Shown here: piece by piece, positions 23,301-31,985 of the stretch | Position numbering within the stretch: position 1 is the stretch's first letter | Layout of the letters: each line of letters opens with the position of its first letter | Program-made: the position numbers and the translations under genes | The notes under the pieces: generated by a model | The model's database searches: none | Told to the model about the DNA's origin: nothing | What the model saw: the letters and a program-made list of their open reading frames with translations, nothing else | Source: Trypanosoma brucei | Taxonomy: Eukaryota | Direction of reading: 5' to 3' | Length of the DNA stretch: 64,000 nt | NCBI GenBank assembly: GCA_000002445.1 | Contig: AE017150.2 | Coordinates: 416,001 to 480,000, forward strand

Positions 23301-26300
23301 CCTCGCATACCACAGGGCGTACATCCGGGCATGTCATTAGCATATTACCACACATCCGCAAAACTGTGTGCAACATGTGAGGCACTTGTTGGAGCAAATC
23401 ACGACTCCACCACTCCCCCACAATATCTCTGAACATCCGCACCAGAAGCAGACGACGCGCCCCACGGTTTAGGTCCTGTGTGAGACAGACGTACAGTCGC
23501 TGGAGTAACACATATGCATGGTCGCCACCGTCGTTTGAGAAGAATGCATGCACTGCTTGGTGATCAAACGCTGAAGGCGGGTGGGAACCACGCGATAGCT
23601 CTCGCATTTCTGTCATCGCCTGTTGTGTGTTCGAAGAGGCCACGTCACCTATTGACTCACAGAGCAACTTAACTGCCCAGTGAATCTGCTTAAGTTCGAT
23701 GTACGGTGAGAGGGTGCCGACGAGATCTACAAAACGGCACAGAATACCATCAGCATTATAACGCATAAGTGAAGCAAAACGGTGGGAAAGTGCGCTTCGC
23801 AGCCACTCCAATGCCACTCGAGCAGCACATCCTGCTTCTTCCAACTTCGCGTCTTCGTCGGGTTCCTCGACACATTTCCGGGTGTCTTTCAGCCCCATAA
23901 AGCTTTGGTGACCGCATCTGACACGCGCTCCAGTCAATTGTGACCATTCGACACCCATTCCACTCTTCTCGGATAAGGAGGCAAACAGGAGTAACCGTGC
24001 CACTACATCAGGGAAGTGTGCAACGATGCATTCGATAAGTAACTGCGGCGTGCACTCAGGATCAGGTTCTTGTCCAACCGCTTCGTCACCCTTCTCTCCC
24101 CCCTCAATTGGAGTTTTCTCTCGCTGTTGTTGTCGATGGTGGAAGATAGCTAACCGCCAGAGGAGGCTACTGGGCCGCATGAATACGGCACCTGCAGCCT
24201 CGTCCTCCACAGCTTCGCGTGCTTGAACGCTATTCGAACCACGGCTTGAGCAGCATAATAAAACGATCGGCAACAACAACGGCATAAAAGCTGCCCAAAG
24301 CTGCGATATAGAGCTAAAGCCAAAGCACGTAATAGGCAATGCCTCTAGCGGGTGACCGAAGCTCCACAACCAATCAAATAAAAGCCGTTCACGGTGGTGG
24401 TGGCACAACTGTTGAGCACTCATCTTACTTCCCTCTCCAATCGCCAATTCTAATTCAGCTGCGTCACTTCCTAGCAGAGTACCTACATCGTCAGCGACGC
24501 CGCCGCCCCCTACCCTAAGTCTGGCGTACTCACCAATCAACTGGAGACATTCGAGAATCAAATCCTTATGCATGAAGCCGTGCGTGGCCCAACATTCCAG
24601 TAATTTGCACACAACTCGGGGCTCCATCAACGGCACCGCCCTTGCCGCCTCAGCTACCGCCCGTAGACTTGTCGCACAGCTCATACCGCTCGTAGAGTTC
24701 ATTCCCTCGCGAGCGCTGGCAATCATATCGCGCATCACAGCTCCGGCTCGATCGCTAAACCGGCTGAACAGAAAGCGAACCTGCAGAGCTGTGTGCTGCC
24801 GCACGGCGTAAGGGGCATCGGGAGAGAAGAAGGAAAATATGTACCGACCGAGCTTTTCTGCAACTCGAGCGTCACAGAGGAAAAGAAGACCATATATAGC
24901 TGATATGACGGCACACTGTCGTTGGGGAGTAAGAGGTGGGATGTCGCTCTGCGCAGAGTCGCTCACACGTTCAACAAAGCGCTTCAGCATTTGCCCTTCC
25001 TCACACAGTAACTCTTTCTCCGGTTCGTCGACTCCGACACCCGTAGTCGATAACCGATACTCATTTTGCTGGCCTTCGCACCTTTCGGCGGAGTGAGCGG
25101 GCGCTATGGCATAACGAGCTGCTACCGTTGCAGTCCCCTTTGTGTGCAACGCATAGTAGCCGAATGTTGCGAATATGCTTTCACACATGGAGTGGGCATA
25201 GCGGGCGAAGAGAGTTTCGAGCAGCGCAAGAAGCGCATTTCGCGCGTTCATATCTCCCCATAAACCACGCAGCAACTGGAGCAGATACGCCAAACAGTCA
25301 ACGGACGCCAGAACGAAGGGCACGAATGGGTGGGGTTTCAATATCGCCCGGGTATCTGCTCCCTCTTCAGCAGCGTCGTTGCGGCCAGAGATTCTGTCAA
25401 GAGGTAAAATGAGCTCATTCTTCACAAGAATGTCCACAATTACAGCTGTTACGTCCGAGGGGTCCACCAAAGGTTCAGCGGCGGCCAGCATCAAACGCTT
25501 GTGGCGCACCAGCGTTAGAAATTCACCCAGAACTCTGCAGCTGAGTCGCATGGTGGCCTGAACGATTATTGTGCTGTCTGTGGTCGTTATTTCCGTCTGT
25601 TTCCATGAAGCAAGTCGGGATATGCCTTCATTAAGCAGTCGACGGCATGTGGCACCGACAAACCTGAGAATAGTTTGGCGCGGTTCCCATAGTGCTAGAG
25701 ACCGTGAAAGAAGCTCTGTGCCGACATCATGGAGTAGGAGCAGCAGCGCCCGAAGCACCGCACGAGCTTGCGTGAGCGAATCGCGAAGCAGACGGGTGGT
25801 GAGGTAATGACACAACCACATTACAGCGTAGTAGATTCGACCAGGGGCCGTGGGAAGACGTTGAAAAACCGAAGCAGGTTGTTCAAATAACTGCTGTGGT
25901 GTAAAATCCAAAAGCACACGAAGATCTTCCGACTCACTGTCGCCATTGTCACCACTATTAAGTCTGTCTGAGCACCCTCCAGTCAGGTTGGCGTTGTCAT
26001 CAGACTTTGCGCTTGCGACAACCCCTGCACCTGTGCACTCCCCCGGTTGCCGGCTACATTTTCCTTCAGGAAGGTGCCATATCCCAAGCCGGTATAAGCG
26101 CAGAATAAAATGAAGAACCTGAATGGAATGGATGCACAACTTGCGGTGAATCAGTGCCACGGTTTCTTCACACATGCCTTGTTGTTGTTGGTACGCAGAT
26201 GGTTCAGTGCCAACGATCCCAGCAGACGTGGTCGCAATTTTTGCACTGCACGCCATCTCAGTTACAGCACGAACAACTTCAGCAGAAAGGGCTTCCATTA

Positions 26301-29300
26301 CAGCGGCTGGTGTATCCCCAGGACGTAGTCGACTACCACCGACATCCAATACACTTCCCTCCGACGTGCCTTCAGGGTATTGCCCACAAATGTCATAGCC
26401 GCTGCAAACTCCAGTAGTTGAAGGTCCCTGCATGTCACGCAACACCTCTTCCCTGGAGAGCGATAAGAATTCATATAGAAGAAGCCAGTGTCCACGAGCA
26501 GCCTCACAAACAGATGCAGGAAGCTGCTTCTCAGGCGTTGTAAAAGCTGAGCCAACAAGACGGCGCGAGTGGCCAAGTTTTTCTCTGATGCGCCGCAATG
26601 ACGCAACGCTTCTTCCACCACCCATGTTATATAGAAAATTTGCGCTATCCGTTCCTGCTTCAGAAGCGGTGGTAACCTTAACGCCCGATGTGGCAGTCGC
26701 CACGAGGGAGTGTTGACAACCCATCGTGCTCTCGGTGATAATAAGGCATAAGGACAACACATGATCCTCCGCTGAACTCAGCACACTTTCAAACGCTTCG
26801 GCCGCTCTCGCAACAGCGGCAGGGGAGTCTGTTTCCTGTCTCCACACGAGACCATCATCATGCGGAAAGAAACAAACACCGTGTGAAATGCCAGCTACAA
26901 CAAAGGAGAGCACCGTCGAGAGCCGTAGAGATGCTGTAGGCAAATCCATCAGTTGGTCTCCGTGTAGCGACTGAGAGCACCCGTCACGAACTCGTTTCTT
27001 CATTGAAACCCGATGGGATGCGGTTATTTGAGCTGCCGTAGCTCCATAATGATGGTAGGCTGAGAGAAACTGCATCATGGACTTAAACAACGACACCGGG
27101 ATACCCGTTTTGATGGCGTTGTTTGTGGGTGCAAAGGCAGCGGAAGCGGAGGGACCTAACAGAGACGATCCCGCTGCTGAGACGCCTGTTCGCCTTGCAG
27201 CTGAGAATGTTTCTCCAAGTGGCTGGTTAAGCGGTAATACACCTTCCACCCCTGATCCACTTATTCCCCCCGCCATTGCTACCGGTCCCCCAAACCCCGT
27301 TGAAGGTGTCGACGGCAGCGCCCCTCCACCAACAACAGCATAAATTCGCGCAGTAATTGCACTGAAATGAACGGCAGAGTGCAGTCGCATGCGTTCTTCG
27401 GTCGTCACGAGAAATGGGCATTGACCAACCACCCCGCGTTCAAGCAAAAGTGACAACAAAGAGTACACCTGTTCCTTTGGGTGACTCTCTTCCTCTCGTT
27501 GTGCCGTTTCAGTGGGGAAGTAACGACGAATTAGCCATCGAAACAGTTCCTGCTGGCAAACAACGGAGGATCGTGGCCCCACTGCATGCAGCACTGCCAG
27601 CAGTAGCGACTCTAACTGTACGCCATAGTACGGAAAAATGGGGAGAATCCCTTGCTCCACTAAATAAGTGCACTGATGCTCTGTAAAACCAAGCGTGGCG
27701 CACGGTTGGGCGAGGAGATGAAGCATAAAAAGTGAACTGTCCTTGATATTGTTCTGCACTGCCGGCGCGCCAATTGGACCACCGCTGCTTGTGGAACTTG
27801 AAGGCGTGTGCCCACCCGCGCCGAGACCAAAACTCGCGGAGCCACAACGGTGTAGGTTAGAGTCACTCAAAGCACCTGTCACACTCCCTTGTAATGTCCT
27901 GCACGTTCTTACCGGCGTCTCTGCTGCATCACGGCCGCTTTCGAGGAAGAACAGCGAGCGAAACAACTGCAATATAACGTTACTCGGGTGAACGGTGGAT
28001 ACGGGCTGTGGATCGTGGGAGAAGCCGACCTGATCAGAGACGTCAGCGATCCCTTCGTCTCCTTCACGTGGACGTTTTCTCCCTGTACTAACTCCATTAT
28101 CATGGCTCTTATTGCTACCGGTGCTTTCGCTTCTATCACCCGATTTACCGCCACTGTCGCCACCGCTGTGCCTGCTGGTGCCGTCTCCACTGCGTGATCC
28201 AGGGGAAGTAAATAGGAGCGCCAAATAGGCGTCGTGTGTGCTGCAGGCCAAATAAAGCACAATGGCCCCAAAGTCAAACAACGATGCAAGTGGTCTACAT
28301 GGAAAATGTGATAATTCACGACGTGAAACGAAGTTGAATTCACTTCGTGGCACCGTGAATAGTTGCCGCATAAAAGGCAACACCGTTTCATGCAGTAATA
28401 CCAGTGTCCGCGGGGGAGTAGAAGCGGAAAAGGGGGAAGCAGGTGCCTGTACTGCTGTTGGTGAGCAGATTAGGGAGGTTGTTGGTGGTGGTGACGCGGA
28501 AGAACTCTTGGCTTGTGACCGCAATAACGGCGCGTTGCTTTTTTCTTCCTTGTGATTGGATGCGTTGCCGGTGGTACTGCAGGAGTTACTACCAAGAACA
28601 TTTCCGTGGTGGTGTGCAGCACGCGGCCTATTTCGTTCAATGTCTGCTCGCACGTTTTGGCCTAATACTGCCGAAAAGGATGCACACACCTGCGTGGTCA
28701 AGAGGGTTAAGGCCTCCAATCGCCAGCCATCCCTTCGTGTTGTGGCATAAAAGAAGTGACACAGTGGTTTCAGGAGATCCAGCGGCACACCTGAGGTTAG
28801 TGGGTAGTCGTCGCGAGCTATTTTTATAAGTAAGTTTACAGCCACCAGGAGGTGTTCCTCCAACCGCAGTGCACACGTGGGTCTCTGGTGGCGTCGCATG
28901 GTGATGTTCACGAGTTGCTGCATGACAAAGGGTAATGTGACTTTGCGGTTGTTTTCCGGTTTATCGACGGCCACGGCGGTGTCCTGGCTGGGCATAAATG
29001 CGCTAAGAAGATGCGGCGCCCGAAAGAGTTGAACGAGAACTGCAGCATACGTTGTTCCCTCCTCCACAGAAGGAGCTTGATCCCCATCATCATTCATCTC
29101 ATGAGAAGTGGGTCCTCGGTTGCTTTTTTTTGAGTTGCCACAGCCGCCTGCTGGAGGCGCGCCACGGCCACGCACCCACGTCCCCGTTCCTCCACCAGTA
29201 TCACTTCCGTTTGCTTCATACACCGTTTTATCAATAAGGTCTAGCAGACGCACTGTCAACTTCGCTATGAGCTTCGGCAGCAGGTTTGATAGATACCCAT

Positions 29301-30198
29301 CAAAGAGAAACAGATGTAACAAAAGTTGCGCGAATTCCTGACCACAGACTGGGGCCAAAACCTCCGACTGTAAAACCTCGAGCGCGCAACTCACAAATCC
29401 GTTGAGGGGAACGGCGTTCTTCCACAGAAGTGGCAATACTGCGTGGTTTGGAGGCACTGCCCAAATATGGTGCGATGCCTCTCCCCAACCCTCACCACCT
29501 CCAACTGGTGCCACGTGCTGCGGTGCCGATTTGAAGGATGAAGATGTGAAATTGTCCCTCCCATCTCCTCCATGATGATGTTTTGCCGTGTCGAAGCCGG
29601 ATGACATGGAATGCGTATCACCGCCCCCACCACCCACGGAGCTGCTGCCCGTCCCAATAAGCATAGAGGAAAAGGAAGAGGAAGAGGAATGGGCAGCGGT
29701 TTGTTGTTGTTGTTGAACTACCGACGCAGGCAGGTTATGATGGACGGTCTCAATTAGCGCTCGCCATGGACGGGCGAAGTCGGTGCGCAGTTTTCTTCCT
29801 CTATTTTCTGAATAAGCGCTAGTTCCTGACTCGTCCTCAGCAATGTTCACACGGCCCAATGCCGCCATTTGCCGACGCTTTGTTACCGCCTCGTTATACT
29901 GCTGGAGTGCAGGGCGAAGGACACTATTCATCACCACGAAAAGAATGTTGTTTGCCACATGTTGACCGAATAAATCCTGAACACACATGCAACTCTGTTC
30001 CACCGTGTTGTCAAGGAACGTGCGAAGATCTTGCAGAAACTTGGGTGCCTCCCGTATAGTTGCCCCTTGAAGATCATTGCAGATCGTTGTAAGGCTCCTC
30101 TTAAGTGCCTCCTTGTCTAATGAAATACTCCGCTGCGACACTGCCGGATGCCGTCCCCTAAACAATCCAAGCATTGAGGCATCTTGTGAGGCTGACAT
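17365..30198 (-). CDS. ATM: ATM-type phosphatidylinositol-3-kinase-related kinase (PIKK), 4277 aa: helical FAT-like region, PI3K/PI4K catalytic domain and C-terminal FATC
   Basis: The catalytic segment [63 protein letters not shown] closely parallels the ATM catalytic/activation-loop region (LGLGDRH..N.L.........HIDLG.AFEQGK.LP.PE.VPFRLTRDIVDGMG..G.EG.FR). The FATC ending is ...MFHGWSPWL. The track ORF starts at GTG, so I trimmed it to the first ATG at 30196-30198 (MSASQDAS...). DNA-PKcs was considered but the DIVDG(M/F)G and LG.AF.QGK motifs fit ATM better. Confidence 0.85.
   Translation of the reverse strand: [4277 protein letters not shown]
17620..17643 (-). repeat. (CTG)7 on plus, equivalent to (CAG)n on the coding strand, encoding a polyQ run inside the ATM CDS
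   Basis: ctgctgctgctgctgctgctgttg encodes QQQQQQQQ within the ...[19 protein letters not shown]... segment between the kinase domain and FATC. Confidence 0.95.
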
Positions 30199-30785
30199 AA
30201 TCACGGATTCGATGTTTGATGACTACAACTTATACCCTCTCGTGTTTATGTGTATCCGCTTTTCGTTTATTTATTTATTTTTTGTTTTCCTCCCCCTTTC
30301 TTTCTTTCGTTCAACTCCTCTCGTTGTGCTTCCTCCTTCCTGTACGCGTTCGTTAATTGACTGCAACGCCAAACCAGATGGCGCAACTTAGACCCGTCTG
30401 TTCCTGGGAACTAACTAAATAAAAAATCAAATCTGTGTACAGTTACACCTGTTTGTATTTGTATAAACTCCTTAGCCTTCGCTTCTGTTTTTAGCTCCCT
30501 TTTTTTCTCCTCCACTTTCTCAGAGATGTGCGCTGGGAGAAGCTGAGGCTCTGTTGTTGTTGTTTTCTTCCCTTTTTTAAATTTGTTTTGGGGAGCCGTT
30601 TCTCCTTCACACGAGCGGTGGAAATGAAAACCTTCACTTATGTGAAATCTCCAATAATAATAGTGGTAGTAATGCTTCTTCCTTTTTTCCCCCAACTCTA
30701 TTCACCTGAATCGGCTTCGACTTCTTTCCTTTTCGCGTTTTTTTTTCACCCTTGCTGTCTTTATAACGCTACGTAATGTCAGTCG

Positions 30786-30809
30786 ATATATATATAAATA
30801 AATAAATAA

Positions 30810-30850
<41 letters not shown>
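30786..30850. repeat. (ATAA)n followed by an (AT)n microsatellite
   Basis: Direct reading in the ATM-SF3a2 spacer: aaataaataaataaataaatatatatatatatatatatatatatatatatata. Confidence 0.9.
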
Positions 30851-30852
<2 letters not shown>

Positions 30853-31295
30853 CGTATATACTTCTGTTGACTACAGTAAAGTATATTTTTTTGTTTTATT
30901 ACTTGTTGTTGTTGTTGTTACAAAAATAGTTTTGTTTCTGTTTTACCACCAGGGCTCTAAGGCAACTCAACGCTTTCCCAAATCCCCGTAGCGCCTATTT
31001 TTTTTTTCTTTCTTTTTTGTTGCCTTTCTCGCCCTCCCCCAACTCATGTCGAAAGAAAAGGAAAGACAACAAGCCAGTTGTGATAGCACTGAGAACACAC
31101 ATACAGACACATAAAAAAAATAAAATATAACAACAACAGTAGCAACAGAAGCAAATTAGAGTGGACACAACAGCAACTCATTGCATCCAGTAACGCATCA
31201 CCACCATCACCACATCAACCACAGCATCAGAAACATTTCTTCTTTCCCTTCTTAACTTCTCAGGCGGCCAATTATTTATTATACGTGAGCCTACC

Positions 31296-31985
31296 TTACC
31301 CAATAATAAAAAAGAGTTCATAAAGTTTCTTCACTGGATCCCAACTGCAGCGATATCTTCCCTTTTCTTCATCACTTCCCGCATTTCCGTAACCGCCCCA
31401 TGATGTTAATCCACTTGAGGTGCGCGGTAATTTCGATGGAAACTTGAGCCCTACCGTCATGTACCCCTCGCAAGCCACTAAAAGATAAACAACATCATCA
31501 TTAGGCGGTTTTTCCACTTCCTGTTCACGTGCTGAGCGCCACCGGTGCAGCGGCCGAGCTCCCTCCACCGCCTGTGGGAAATAAAATTCCAACCAAACTT
31601 TGGTTTGATACAACTCGGGATCATGTTCAGTACAATAATGAAATTCCGGGCGACCGAATGGTGCGAAGGATGTAACTGATGATGCATGTGGTGCTGAAGT
31701 TTGTTGCAGGAGGAGTTCCCGTGTGGCTTTTTCCTGCTCTGCACGGCGCATGGCTTCTTTGTTAAGTTCCTCCTCCTCAGCCAATCGCTTCTCACGATTA
31801 GCGCTGCGCTCAAGGCGCTCAAGTTGCAAACTGTGAGTTTTACCAGCCAAATGTTTAATGAAATTATTGTCATCACTACAACACACGTCACAAAGGGTAC
31901 ACACAACATGTCCCATATGATTCCGCTTATAATAAGGGTCACAACGCGCCTGAGCGGCGGGGTCAAATGCCTTCACATGTGACAT
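31296..31985 (-). CDS. SF3A2: Splicing factor SF3a subunit 2 (SAP62/Prp11 family), 229 aa
   Basis: Matrin-type C2H2 zinc finger (CTLCDVCCSDDNNFIKHLAGKTH) followed by the conserved SF3a2 core (RPEFHY...YQTKVWLEFYFPQAVEGARPLHRWRSAREQEVEKPPNDDVVYLLVACEGYMTVGLKFPS...RYRCSWDPVKKLYELFF), which parallels human SF3A2 IDYPEIAEGIMPRHRFMSAYEQRIEPPDRRWQYLLMAAEPYETIAFKVPS...FWTHWNRETKQFFLQFHF. Confidence 0.85.
   Translation of the reverse strand: MSHVKAFDPAAQARCDPYYKRNHMGHVVCTLCDVCCSDDNNFIKHLAGKTHSLQLERLERSANREKRLAEEEELNKEAMRRAEQEKATRELLLQQTSAPHASSVTSFAPFGRPEFHYCTEHDPELYQTKVWLEFYFPQAVEGARPLHRWRSAREQEVEKPPNDDVVYLLVACEGYMTVGLKFPSKLPRTSSGLTSWGGYGNAGSDEEKGRYRCSWDPVKKLYELFFIIG

Noticed and set aside
17365-30204. 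Assignment of the giant PIKK as DNA-PKcs, based on the 4.1-4.3 kDa-class size
   Set aside because: Catalytic and activation-loop motifs (LG.AF.QGK...PFRLTR.IVDG.G) match ATM. DNA-PKcs has DFGHAFGSAT...PFRLTRQFINLM, and TOR/ATR have FATC endings in ...CPFW, which is absent here.
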